Made by a program: the position numbers and the translations under genes. From Anaeramoeba ignava BMAN (taxonomy: Eukaryota; Protista; Anaeramoebae), in assembly GCA_028826165.1 (NCBI GenBank), contig JAPDFW010000097.1:124001-188000 (forward strand): a stretch of DNA of 64,000 bases, read 5' to 3'. Positions 40,668 through 53,162 of this stretch are shown one piece after another; the stretch's first letter is position 1; every line of letters begins with the position of its first letter. The notes under the pieces were generated by a model that worked only from the letters and a program-made list of their open reading frames with translations, had not been told where the DNA came from and did no database searches.

Positions 40668-43600
40668 ATGTTTTTAAAAAAAAATAAAAAAGCTTTTAAA
40701 GATTGTAAGGCAAACAATATTGATGGAATTGAACATTTTTTGGAAAACGGAGGAAAAGTTAATCTAAAAAATGAAAAATCAGAAACTCTTTTGCATTTGG
40801 CTTGTCAAATTGAAGATCCAAATCAAAACTTAATTGAAATTGTCAAATTACTCATAGATTATAAAGCAGATGTTAATGCCACAACAAACAAAAAATTAAC
40901 ACCTTTACATTTTGCTTGTCAAAGTCAAAATCCAAATGCAATTGAAATTATTATTCATCTTATTGCAAATGGAGCAACAAAACATAATAAAAACAAAGAC
41001 GAAGAAACTCCTTTGCATTTTGCCTGTCAAAAGTCAAAATCCAAATGCAGTTGAAATTGTTAAATTCCTTGTTTCTAATAAAGCAGCAGTCAATGTCAAA
41101 AACAAAGATCAAGAAACTCCTTTGCATTTTGCCTGTAAAAGTCAAAATCCAAATGCAGTTGAAATTGTTAAATCACTTCTTGAAAAAGGAGCAGATATCA
41201 ATGCCAAAAATAAAGAAGAAGAAACCCCTTTGCATTTAGCTTGTGGAAATCAAAATCCAAATCCACTTGAAGTTGTCAAATTCCTTGTTGAAAGAAAAGC
41301 TGATTTTTTTTCCAAAAATAAAAAAACTTATCTGCCTATCCATTTTGCTTGTCAAAGTCAGAATCCAAATGCAATTGATATTGTGAGATTTTTAATTGAG
41401 AATGGAGCTAATGTCAATGCCCCAACAAAAGTCAACACAACTCCTTTGCACTTGGCTTGTCGAAACAAAAATGAAAAATCATTTGAAATTGTGAAGTTTC
41501 TTGTTGAAAAAGGAGCAAATGTGAATTTACCAACAAACATAAATCAAAAAGCATTGCATTGCGTTTGTTATAGCGAAACCCAAAATGAAAAATCATTTGA
41601 GATTGTGAAGTTTCTTGTTGAAAAAGGAGCTTCTGTTAATGTGAAAACCTTGTATGGAAAAGAAACACCTTTGCACTATGCTTGTCAAAGGAATTCATTT
41701 GAAATTGCCAAATTTTTGATTGAAAAAAAAATCGATATTAATGCTGTAAACGATAAAAAGGAAACACCTTTAATTATGCTTTGCAGAAACAAAGATCTGG
41801 ACGGAATTGAAATTATCTCACTTCTTCTTGAAAATGGAGCAAATGTGAATCTAAGAAATAACTCTCTAAATTCACCTTTACATTATCTTTGTCACAACAA
41901 AAGTCCAAATGCAGTTAAAATTATCGAATTTCTCATTCAAAAAGGAGCATCTCTTAATGCCAAAAATGAAACAGGAAATACTCCTTTGCATTTCATTTGT
42001 ATGGATGACAAAAACCCAAAATCATTTGAAATCATTAACTTGCTAATTCAAAGTGGGGCTCAACCTGATATCAAAAATAATAGCGGCGAAACACCTCTAC
42101 AAATCGTTTTCCAAAAAAGTCATGAGGATTTCGATAAAATTTTCAAGCTTCTTATTGAGAAAACCTCTGATATTAATTGGAAAACAAAAGTCAATGAACA
42201 AACACTTTTACATTTTGTTTGCCAAAGAATAAACCCAGATTCAGTTGATATTGTTAGAATCTTGATCCAAAAAAATTCAGATGTGAATTCTAAGGATACC
42301 ACAGATACAACACCGCTACATTATGCTTGCAAACAAGAAAAATCAAATGAGGTTGTTAAACTACTTATTGAAAATGGAGCAAAAGTAAATGTGAAAAACA
42401 ACAAAAAAGAGACACCTTTACATTATGCTTCTCTCAATTCAAACTGCAGCGAAAATGTGAAGTATCTAATTGAAAAAAAAGCCAAAATCAATGAAGCAAG
42501 TGATGGGAAGCAAACTCCTTTGCATTATGCTTGCAATTTGAAAGAAATCCCAATTGAGATTGTGAAACTACTTATTGAAAATGGAGCAAACGTAAATGTT
42601 AAAAATAATAGAAAAGAGACTCCTTTACATTATGTTTGTCGGAATTCGAAATCAATTGAAGCTGTAAAATGCCTAATTGAAAAAAAAGCAAAACTTAATT
42701 GCAAAAATATCTACAAACAAACACCACTACATTATGCTTGTCAATCTAAGAACATAAACCTTGAGGTTGTGAAATTACTTGTCCAAAATGGGGCAAAGGT
42801 GAATGCCAAAACAAATATCAAGTCTACTCCTTTAGATAATGTAAGTATAAAAGAAAATGGACTAGAAGTCGCTCAATTTCTTGTGGCAAATGGTGCTCAA
42901 ATAAAAAAAAAGCCAGGCGACCAACAAAACCTCCTTCATTTTGCTTGTAATCAAGATAAATCACTTGAATTTGTGAAAATTCTTGTTGAAAGAGGTATTG
43001 ATGTTAATGAAAAAAATTATAAGAATGAAACACCTTTGCATATTCTTTGTGGAAAATTAATCAAGTCTGATTCAAAAGAAGTGATGGAATATCTTTTGGA
43101 AAAAGGCGCAAATATTCATCGCAGAAACACAAAAGGAGAAACACCTTTGTTGATTAGTTGCAATCATTCACTTAGTCTTACTAAATTTCTCGTGGAAAAA
43201 GGTGCTAACATAAATGCAGCAAACACAGAAAAACAGACAGCTTTGCATATCGCTTGCCAAAAAAATTATTTGCATTCAATTGTTCAATATTTGATTGAAA
43301 AAGGAATTGATATTAATCTCAAGGATAGAAACGGTCAAACAGCACTTGATATAACACTAGAGAAAAACAACGAGAAAGCAACTCGTCTTCTTTTGATGAA
43401 TGATGCTCTTTGGATTTATTTACAAGAAAAAAAATTGATTCCTCAGACATTGGTTCCTTTAATAAAACAAATCTATTCGTTCAATTATGATTTCCTTAAT
43501 TTGCTAAATTCAGAAGATAATTTTTCTGATTTGACAATTGAATCATTTGATCATAGCAAATTCAATGCTCACAAAATGATTATTCTCTTAAGATTGGATA

Positions 43601-44311
43601 ATGACAAGACGCTTTTCCAAAAATTTATTGATATTTGCTATCAAAAAAAATCAAAAAAAGAAGTGGAAACTGTTTTACATTTTCTTTATACTGGATTTTT
43701 TGATTTGAGGAAAATAACATATGGAACGACAAACAAAGATCTGGAAGAAAAACAAAAGCAAGTTACAGATTTCCTCAAGGAAATTGAATTACATTCAGAT
43801 TGGATTGAATCAAAAAAAGGAAGAAAAGGCGATAAAAAAGATTCTCAAAAATTTTATCCCCAAAAAGGAACCACAACAATCAGAAATCTGGAAGAAAAAG
43901 AAAAGCAAGTTACAGATTTCCTCAAGGAAATTGGCTTAGATTCGAAATGGATTGAATCAAAAAGGAAGAAAAGGGATTATAAAAGATTATGAAAAATTAT
44001 ATCTGGAAGAAGAAACAAAAGATTTTAGGATAATTTGTGAAGAAAAAGAAATTAAAGTTCATAAATTAATATTAATACTCAGAAGTGAGTTATTTAAAGG
44101 AATGTTTCTAAATGTTCAGGATTCCTCAAACAAAGTTCATGATTATTCAAACAAATCTTTTGAAACAATTCATCAATTAATTTATTTCTTTTATCATGAT
44201 GAATTTGAAAAAGAGCACATAAGAAAAAACAATATTGATGAACTTCAAGATGCAAAAGATTATTATCAATTAAATGAAAATTCAATAATTGATTTATTTG
44301 TCAAGAAATGA
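40668..44311 (+). CDS. Ankyrin-repeat (~25 repeats) protein with C-terminal tandem BTB/POZ domains (frameshifts near 41030 and 43960)
   Basis: Repeated TPLHFAC...EIVKFLVEKGA.VN, then SDLTI...FNAHKMII..R and TKDF.I......VHKLIL..RSELFKGMF. Confidence 0.9.
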
Positions 44312-44399
44312 AGTTTCGAAAGAAGATAATATCTTTATTTTTTTAATTTTTTGAAATGAAGAAAAAAAAGAGAAAGAAAAAGGTTTTTTAATTTTAATT

Positions 44400-46206
44400 T
44401 TAATTTTGATTATTAAATTTCTTAATTAATAAATCAAATAAATTTGGATTTGTTTGATTTAATTGAAAATAATCAATTCCAATTTTAATTTCATTAATAA
44501 TTTCTTGTGTAATTTCAATTCCATTTTTAATTTGATTTGAATAAATCCAATATTCAAATATTTGAAATGATTCTTCACTTAATTCACTATAATCTGTAAC
44601 TTTATTTGATTTATCTTCTGTTACAGATAAAAACATTCCTCGATATAATTCACTTCTCATTATTAATATTAATTTTAGGAAATTTATATTTCTTTTCTTT
44701 TCTTTCAATTATAAAATCTTTTTCATTTTCATTTTCATTTAAATAAATTCTTTTCATTGTTTCTTCTATTTTTTCATTTGAATTTATAATTTCTTTAATT
44801 TCAGAATATAATATTGGATTTATTTTGGAACTGTTTGAATAAATCATTTCAAATATTTGATTTGATTCTTTAATTGATTTTTTTGAAATAATTTCTTTAA
44901 GTTTTTCATTTTCATTTTGATTTTGATTTAATCTATATTTCAATATTAATTTATGAGCTGATATTATTTCTCCATTTTCGGTTTTAAATGAAATATTACA
45001 AAATTCTTTTCTTCTAAATAATTTTATCAAATCTTCTTCAAGATTGGAAAAAGAAGGAGGAGAATAATAAAGAAATGATCTGTAAAAACTATCACAAAAA
45101 ATATGATAATTAGAAATATCTTCATTAAATCTTAATTTAGGAAGTTCAATTTGAATTGGAATAAAATGATTATTTGTATCTCCAGTTCCTAATTGACCAT
45201 AATCATTCCATCCAAATCCAATTAATTTTGAATTGTATGTTAACATCAAAGTATGGGAATATCCAACAGAAAAATCAAGAATATTATCATCATTTTCAAA
45301 TAAATATGATTTGATTTCAGTAAATTTATAAGTATTTTGGTTTTTTCCAAGTCCATTATATTGATGATGACCACATGAATAAAGTTTTCTTTTTGGATTT
45401 TCATTTTCATCTTCAATCAAGATTATTGAATTATAAAATCCACATTGAATATCAATTATTTTGCCTTTTGGAATATTTTGGATTTTGGTTAATTTTTGGA
45501 TTTTTGATTCTTCTTTTCTTGATTCTCCTAATCCGAGTTGGCCAAATTCATTATATCCACATCCAAATAATTCTTGATTTGAATTTAAAAGAAAAACATG
45601 TTGTGAAGAATTTCCTGAAAATATTTTAGAAACATTTTTCATCATTAAAATTGGTTTTTCTTCTTTTTTCCATCTTTGAATTGATTCAAAACCAAGTTGA
45701 CCATAATTATTTGAACCAATTCCATAAGCGTTTTGATTTGAAGTTAATAAGTAAACTGATTGAGCACAACAAACAATATCTTCAATTATTCTATCATTTG
45801 TATTTTCAATTAATGATGAAATATTGATAAATTCATTTAGATTTTTTGAATTAATATCTCCTTTTACAAATACATTTCCTTCTTTTGTTAAAATAGCTTC
45901 ATTTTGAACGCCAATAGTTACTTTTTGAATATTTTCTTCAATTTGGATTTTTGAAGGATTTTGATTTGAATCTGTGAAATATTCTAAACTTAAATATTCT
46001 ATTGCTTTTCCATTTTTGAAAAGGAAAATTGTTGATAATATTCCTGATGAAATTTGTTTAATTTCATTTTCATTTTCATTTTCATTTTGATTTTGATTTT
46101 GATTTTGATTTTCAAATTTAAATTGAATTGGTTTTGTTATCATAAAAGATTTATTTTTAATAAGTTTTGGCTTTTGATTTTGACCAAAAAATAAAATTTC
46201 ATTCAT
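44400..46206 (-). CDS. RCC1 beta-propeller + tandem BTB protein, copy 1 (frameshift near 44675)
   Basis: G.N.YGQLG.G RCC1 repeats; FC.ISF......[11 protein letters not shown]; [15 protein letters not shown]. Confidence 0.88.
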
Positions 46207-46259
46207 TTTTGAAAAAGAAAAAAAATGAAAAAATGAAAAAATGAAAATGAAAAAATGGA

Positions 46260-48914
46260 TTAAATATCCAAATCATTTTGAAGATGTTTTTGTTCTTCTT
46301 TGTTTTGATTTTTTGTTCTTTTTCTTTTTTTCTTCTCATAGAAAATAATTCCAATAATAAATGCTGAAATAACAATAATAGGAATAATTATTCCAATAAT
46401 TATTGCTGTTGTTTTTGTTGAATTATCACCAGGTTCATTTGTTGTTGATATTGTAATTGAAGTTGTTGAATTAATTCCTGAATATTCATTAAATGAACAA
46501 TTTAAATCAGCTGATGAATAAATTGAAATTTCATAATAATCTTCTCCTTTTAATCCTAGAACTGAATAATATGTTGTTAAATTTGATAAACAAATTGATG
46601 TTGAATTATAAGTAAATGAATATGCTTTTAATCCACTTGATAAAATTAATGGATCCCAATTACATTCAAATCCATTAATTAATGAATTACAATTTAATGA
46701 AGTAATATTTCCTAATTTAGCTCTTGTTGAAATAATTGAACTAGGTAATCCTAAATATGGTGTTTCACAATTTAAATCTGCACATCCTCTAATTGAAATA
46801 TTATATTCAATATTTCCTGATATTCCACTTATCATTCCAATTACTTCATTTCCACTTAAATAAAGAGATGTGAATTTTTCCCAATTTGTTCCATTATCAA
46901 GTGAAATTGAATAATTATTTGCATTTGTTAATTTTGTGAAATTAAATTCAATTTCTTCAATTTTGGAAATTGTTTCATAAATTGTTGGAGAAGTTAAATT
47001 ATCAGTTGTAATTGAAGTTGATGAAATATATCCACATTTTCCATTTGAATTACATGCTGATATATTGATTTGATATTCTTGATTTGGGAATTGAACTTTA
47101 AATTGTTGATTTGATGATATTGGTTGATAATTTCCTGAATCATTTTGATAAATTGATTGATAAGTAAAATTATAATAAAATGGAATTGAACAATTAATTG
47201 GTTGATTCCAATTACAATTAATATCAATTGAATATGAAATTGAACATGTTAAATTTGTAACTTCTCCAAATATTAATGAAATTGATGATTCAACAGGTTC
47301 TCCTTTATCATCTCCTTCACATTCATGTGTTCTACATCCACAAATTGAAATATTATAATCATTTTCACATTCAAAATTATTCAAAAAATAATCAAGTGAA
47401 GAATTATCAACTGAAATGAAAGATATTAAATCAGGTTGAGATTGAATAAAATAAGAAAGATTATAATGATTAAGATGAGCAATTCCTTCATTGATCTGAA
47501 CATTTGGATAATTCCAAGTAACATTAATTGAATAATTTGAAGGATTTGATAATTGGAAATCTTTTACAGAATCAATTTTTGTTGTTAAATTAATGAAAGA
47601 AGAAGATTCACCACATTTCATTGTTTCATTATCACAAGCTTTGATTTGAATTGGATAATATTCATTTCCAGTAATATTATCATAAATTGAATAATTAAAT
47701 TGTTGATAATAAACATTCTCATCTTTAAGAATTGGATAATCAATATCAATCCAATCATATCCATAATTAATTTGATAAATCAAAGTTAAAGAAAATTCAA
47801 TTTTATCCCAATAACAATCAAATGATGAAAACAAAGATGAACAATTAACAATATTAACTTGAGGAATTAAACTAGCTTCATAAACAAAAACTCGATTTAC
47901 TTCATTAGCTCCAATAACAGTAAAATTCCCATAAATTGAATTACGATATCCAAAATTTAAAACTGAATTGTTTGTCAAATTTTTTTCAAGATTCCAATTT
48001 GTTCCATTATATCTGTAAATAAATACTTGTTTTTCACCATAGGTTCCAATAACAATAACATTTCCATAAATTGAAACAAAATATCCAAAATATGGAATTG
48101 ATTCACTCAAAATTTGTTCAAGATTCCAAATTGTTCCATTATATCTGTAAATAAATGTTTGATTTGAACCATAATTTCCAACAACAATAACATCTTCATA
48201 AACTGAAACACTCCATCCAAAATATGGAACTGATTCACTCAAAATTTGTTCAAGATTCCAAATTGATCCATTATATCTGTAAATAAATGTTTGATTTCCT
48301 TCATAACCTCCAATAACAATAACATCTTCATAAATTGAAACAGGAAATCCAAAATATGGAACTGATTCACTCAAAATTTGTTCAAGATTCCAAATTGATC
48401 CATTATATCTGTAAACAAATGTTTGATTTGCTTTATAATCTCCAACAACAGTAACATTTCCATAAACTGCAACACATCCTGAATATAATTCAGTTGAGTC
48501 ATTCAAATGTTGTTCTTGATTCCAAATTGATCCATTATATCTGTAAATAAATGCTTCATTTGGACAAATCGAACCAATAACAATAACATCTTCATAAATT
48601 GAAACACTCGATCCAAAATCTGAAACTGAAGATTCATTCAAAGTTTGTTCAAGTTCAAAATTTGTTCCATTATATCTGTAAATAAATACTTCTCTTGTTG
48701 GTGGAGATCCAATAACAAGAACATTTTTATAAATTGAAACAAAATATCCAAAATATAAATCGGAAGATCCATTAAATTGGTTTATTAAATTCCAAACCCA
48801 AGCTTCATCTAGCAAAGAATAATATTTTGTTGTTTCTATTTCTTTTAGAATTGATGATGAAATTGATTGAACTAAGAAAATATTGAAAATTAAGAAAAAG
48901 AAAATTAATTTCAT
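46260..48914 (-). CDS. Type I surface protein: signal peptide, FG-GAP-like propeller, several FN3-like domains, TM helix, short basic tail
   Basis: Seven ~39-aa repeats YFG.xVSIY.DVIVIG; W..P...I..YNLSY and Y.ISI.AC FN3 patterns; TM AIIIGIIIPIIVISAFIIGIIFY followed by KKKRKR. Confidence 0.85.
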   Translation of the reverse strand: MKLIFFFLIFNIFLVQSISSSILKEIETTKYYSLLDEAWVWNLINQFNGSSDLYFGYFVSIYKNVLVIGSPPTREVFIYRYNGTNFELEQTLNESSVSDFGSSVSIYEDVIVIGSICPNEAFIYRYNGSIWNQEQHLNDSTELYSGCVAVYGNVTVVGDYKANQTFVYRYNGSIWNLEQILSESVPYFGFPVSIYEDVIVIGGYEGNQTFIYRYNGSIWNLEQILSESVPYFGWSVSVYEDVIVVGNYGSNQTFIYRYNGTIWNLEQILSESIPYFGYFVSIYGNVIVIGTYGEKQVFIYRYNGTNWNLEKNLTNNSVLNFGYRNSIYGNFTVIGANEVNRVFVYEASLIPQVNIVNCSSLFSSFDCYWDKIEFSLTLIYQINYGYDWIDIDYPILKDENVYYQQFNYSIYDNITGNEYYPIQIKACDNETMKCGESSSFINLTTKIDSVKDFQLSNPSNYSINVTWNYPNVQINEGIAHLNHYNLSYFIQSQPDLISFISVDNSSLDYFLNNFECENDYNISICGCRTHECEGDDKGEPVESSISLIFGEVTNLTCSISYSIDINCNWNQPINCSIPFYYNFTYQSIYQNDSGNYQPISSNQQFKVQFPNQEYQINISACNSNGKCGYISSTSITTDNLTSPTIYETISKIEEIEFNFTKLTNANNYSISLDNGTNWEKFTSLYLSGNEVIGMISGISGNIEYNISIRGCADLNCETPYLGLPSSIISTRAKLGNITSLNCNSLINGFECNWDPLILSSGLKAYSFTYNSTSICLSNLTTYYSVLGLKGEDYYEISIYSSADLNCSFNEYSGINSTTSITISTTNEPGDNSTKTTAIIIGIIIPIIVISAFIIGIIFYEKKKRKRTKNQNKEEQKHLQNDLDI

Positions 48915-49168
48915 TTTTTGCTTTTTTTTTTTTTTTAAAACGAAATTGAAAGAAAAAAAATGATTTCTTTAAAATCTAAAACAATTTTCTGGAACTTTTT
49001 TTTTTGATTTTAATTTTAATTTTAATTTTGATTTTAATTTTAATTTTAATTTCAATTTTAAATTTAATTTTAATTTTGATTTTGAATTTTAATTTTAATT
49101 TTAATTTTAAATTTGAATTTTAATTTTGATTTTAATTTTAATTTTAATTTTGATTTTGAATTTTAATT

Positions 49169-50950
49169 TTAATTTTGATTATTAAATTTCTTAATTAATA
49201 AATCAAATAAATTTGGATATGTTTGATTTAATTGAAAATAATCAATTCCAATTTGAATTTCATCGATAATTTCTTGTGTAATTTCAATTTCATCTTTAAT
49301 TTGATTTGAATAAATCCAATATTCTAATATTTGAAATGATTTATTACTTAATTCACTATAATCTGTAACTTTATTTGATTTATCATTTGTTACAGATAAA
49401 AACATTCCTCGATATAATTCACTTCTCATTATTAATATTAATTTGGGAAATTTATATTGTTTTTCTTTTCTTTCAATTATAAAATCTTTTCCATTTTCAT
49501 TTTCATTTAAATAAATTCTTTTCATTGTTTCTTCTATTCTTTCATTTGAATTTATAATTTCTTTAATTTCAGAATATAATATTGGATTTATTTTGGAATT
49601 GTTTGAATAAATCATTTCAAATATTTGATTTGATTCTTTAATTGATTTTTTCGAAATAATTTCTTGAAGTTTTTCAATTTCATCTTGATTTTGATTTAAT
49701 CTATATTTCAATATTAATTTATGAGCTGATATTATTTCTCCATTTTCTGTTTTAAATGAAATATCACAAAATTCTTTTCTTTCAAATAATTTTATCAAAT
49801 CTTCTTCAAGATTGGAAAAAGAAGGAGGAGAATAATAAAGAAATGATCTGTAAAAACTATCACAAAAAATATGATAATTAGAAATATCTTCATTAAATCT
49901 TAATTTAGGAAGTTCAATTTGAATTGGAATAAAATGATTATTTGTATCTCCAGTTCCTAATTGACCATATTCATTCCATCCAAATCCAATTAATTTTGAA
50001 TTGTATGTTAAAATCAAAGTATGGGAATATCCACAAGAAAAATCAAGAATATTATCATCATTTTCAAATAAAGATGATTTGATTTCAGTAAATTTATAAG
50101 TATTTTGATTTTGACCAAGTCCATTATATCGATAATGACCACATGAATAAAGTTTTCTTTTTGCTTTATCATCTTCAATCAAGATTATTGAATGATAAAA
50201 TCCAGATTTTATATCAATTATTTTGCCTTTTGGAATATTTTGGATTTTGGTTAATTTTTGGATTTTTGATTCTTCTTTTCTTGATTCTCCTAATCCAAGT
50301 TGGCCAAATTCATTATCTCCACATCCAAATAATTCTTGATTTGAATTTAAAAGAAAAGCATGTTGTGAAGAATTTCCTGAAAATATTTTAGAAACATTTT
50401 TCATCATTAAAATTGGTTTTTCTTCTTTTTTCCATCTTTGAATTGATTCAAAACCAAGTTGACTATATTCATTTGAACCAATTCCATAAACATTTTGATT
50501 TGAAGTTAATAAGTAAACTGATTGAGCACAACAAACAACATCTTCAATTATTCTATCATTTTTATCTTCAATTAATGATGAAATATTGATAAATTCTTTT
50601 GAATTTTTTGGATTAATATCTTTTCCTTTGGCAAATACATTTCCTTCTATTGTTAAAATAGCTTCATTTTCAACACCAACAGTTGCTTTTTGAATATTTT
50701 CAATTTGAATTTTTAAAGGATTTTGATCTGAATCTGTGAAATATTCTAAACTTAAATATTCTATTGCTTTTCCATTTTTGAAAAGGAAAATTGTTGATAA
50801 TATTCCTGATGAAATTTGTTTAATTTCAATTTCATTTTCATTTTCATTTTCATTTTCAAATTTAAATTGAATTGGTTTTGTTATCATAAAAGATTTATTT
50901 TTAAAAAAAACTGGATTTTCATTTGAACCAAAAAATATAATTTCATTCAT
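49169..50950 (-). CDS. RCC1 + tandem BTB protein, copy 2 (intact, 593 aa)
   Basis: Same motifs as copy 1. Confidence 0.92.
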   Translation of the reverse strand: MNEIIFFGSNENPVFFKNKSFMITKPIQFKFENENENENEIEIKQISSGILSTIFLFKNGKAIEYLSLEYFTDSDQNPLKIQIENIQKATVGVENEAILTIEGNVFAKGKDINPKNSKEFINISSLIEDKNDRIIEDVVCCAQSVYLLTSNQNVYGIGSNEYSQLGFESIQRWKKEEKPILMMKNVSKIFSGNSSQHAFLLNSNQELFGCGDNEFGQLGLGESRKEESKIQKLTKIQNIPKGKIIDIKSGFYHSIILIEDDKAKRKLYSCGHYRYNGLGQNQNTYKFTEIKSSLFENDDNILDFSCGYSHTLILTYNSKLIGFGWNEYGQLGTGDTNNHFIPIQIELPKLRFNEDISNYHIFCDSFYRSFLYYSPPSFSNLEEDLIKLFERKEFCDISFKTENGEIISAHKLILKYRLNQNQDEIEKLQEIISKKSIKESNQIFEMIYSNNSKINPILYSEIKEIINSNERIEETMKRIYLNENENGKDFIIERKEKQYKFPKLILIMRSELYRGMFLSVTNDKSNKVTDYSELSNKSFQILEYWIYSNQIKDEIEITQEIIDEIQIGIDYFQLNQTYPNLFDLLIKKFNNQN

Positions 50951-50984
50951 TTTTGAAAAGAAAAAAATGAAAAATGAATTTTTG

Positions 50985-51257
50985 GAATTTTAATTTTAAT
51001 TTTAATTTTGATTTTAATTTTAATTTTAATTTTAATTTTAATTTTAATTTTAATTTTAATTTTAATTTTGATTTTAATTTTAATTTTAATTTCAATTTTA
51101 ATTTTAATTTTAATTTTAATTTTAATTTTAATTTTAATTTTAATTTTAATTTTGATTTTGATTTTAATTTTGATTTTGATTTTGATTTTAATTTTGATTT
51201 TAATTTGAATTTGAATTTAATTTTAATTTTAATTTTAATTTTTTTTAATTTTAATTT
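50985..51257. repeat. (TTTTAA/TTTTGA)n tract between RCC1-BTB copies; similar tracts at ~48995-49168, ~53075-53162, ~55631-55645
   Basis: Visible; reads (AAAATT)n on the coding strand immediately after each copy's stop. Confidence 0.9.
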
Positions 51258-53039
51258 TAATTTCTTTGATCTTTTCTAAATTTTTCCTGAGTAAATAAAT
51301 GAAATAAATTTGGATATGTTTGATTTAATTGAAAATAATCAATTTTTGTTTAATTTCATCAATAATTTCTTGTGTAATTTCAATTCCATCTTTAATTTGA
51401 TTTGAATAAATCCAATATTCAAATATTTGAAATGATTTATTACTTAATTCACTATAATCTGTAACTTTATTAGATTTATCTTCTGTTACAGATAAAAACA
51501 TTCCTCGATATAATTCAATTCTCATTATTAATATTAATTTAGGAAATTTATATTGTTTTTCTTTTCTTTCAATTATAAAATCTTTTTCTTTTTCTTTTTC
51601 ATTTTCATTTAAATAAATTCTTTTCATTGTTTCTTCTATTTTTTCATTTGAATTTATAATTTCTTTAATTTCAGAATATAATTTTGGATTTGTTTTGGAA
51701 TTATTTGAATAAATCATTTCAAATATTTGATTTGATTCTTTAATTGATTTATTTGAAATAATTTCTTGAAGTTTTTCATTTTGATTTTGATTTAATCTAT
51801 ATTTCAATATTAATTTATGAGCTGATATTATTTCTCCATTTTCGGTTTTAAATGAAATATCACAAAATTCTTTTCTTCTAAATAATTTTATCAAATCTTC
51901 TTCAAGATTGGAAAAAGAAGGAGGATAATAATAAAGAAATGATTTGTTAAATCCACAAAGAACACGATAATTAGAAATATAGAATTTTAATTTAGGAAGT
52001 TCAATTTGAATTGGAATTGATTGTTTTTTTGTATCTCCAGTTCCTAATTGACCATATTCATTCCATCCAAATCCTATTAATTTCCCTTTAGATGTTAAAA
52101 TCAAAGTATGAGCATTTCCAATAGAAAAATCAAGAATATTATCATCATTTTCAAATAAAGATGATTTGATTTCAGTAAATTTATAAGTATTTTGGTTTTG
52201 ACCAAGTCCATTATATTCATGCCTTCCACATGAATAAAGTTTTCTTTTTGGATTTTCATTTTCATCTTCAATCAAAATTATTGAATGAGTAGCTCCACAT
52301 TGAATATCAATTATTTTGCCTTTTGGAATATTTTGGATTTGATTTAATTGCTGAATTGCTTGGATAGCTGTCATTCCTAATCCAAGTTGACCATAAAGAT
52401 TAGATCCGCATCCAAATAATTGTTGTTTTGAATTTAAAAGAAAAACAAATTCTGAAGTATTTCCTGAAAATATTTTAGAAACATTTTTCATCATTAAAAT
52501 TGGTTTTTTTTTTTTTTTAAGTGTTTTATAATCAAAATCAAGTTGACCATAAGCATTTAAACCAATTCTATAAGCATTTCTTTTTGAAGTTAATAAGTAA
52601 ATTGAATTACTTCCAGAAACAACATCTTGAATTATTCTATCATTTGTATCTTCAATTAATGATGAAATATTGATAAATTCATTTGTGTTTTTTGTATTAA
52701 TAACTTTTCCTTTGGCAAATACATTTCCTTCTATTGTTAAAATAGCTTCATTTTGATAACCAGCAGATACTTTTTGAATATTTTCTTCAATTTGGATTTT
52801 TGAAGGATTTTGTTTTGAATCTTTTTCATTTAAATATTCTATTGCTTTTTCATTTTCAAAAAGGAAAATTGTTGAAAAATTTGATGATGAAATTTGTTTA
52901 ATTTGTTTTCATTTTCATTTTCATTTTCATTTTCATTTTCATTTTCAAATTTAAATTGAATTGGTTTTGTTATTTTATTTGGTTCATTTTTGAAAAGTTT
53001 TGGAAATTGATTTCTTCCAAAAAATAAACAATCATTCAT
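51258..53039 (-). CDS. RCC1 + tandem BTB protein, copy 3 (several frameshifts; assembly error or pseudogene)
   Basis: ORFs 52839-53039 and 51325-52494 plus the intervening sequence are collinear with copy 4. Confidence 0.8.
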
Positions 53040-53162
53040 TTTTGAAAAAGAAAAAAATGAAAAAATAATTTTTGAATTTTAATTTTAATTTTGATTTTAA
53101 TTTTGATTTTAATTTTAATTTTAATTTTAATTTTAATTTTAATTTTAATTTTAATTTTAATT

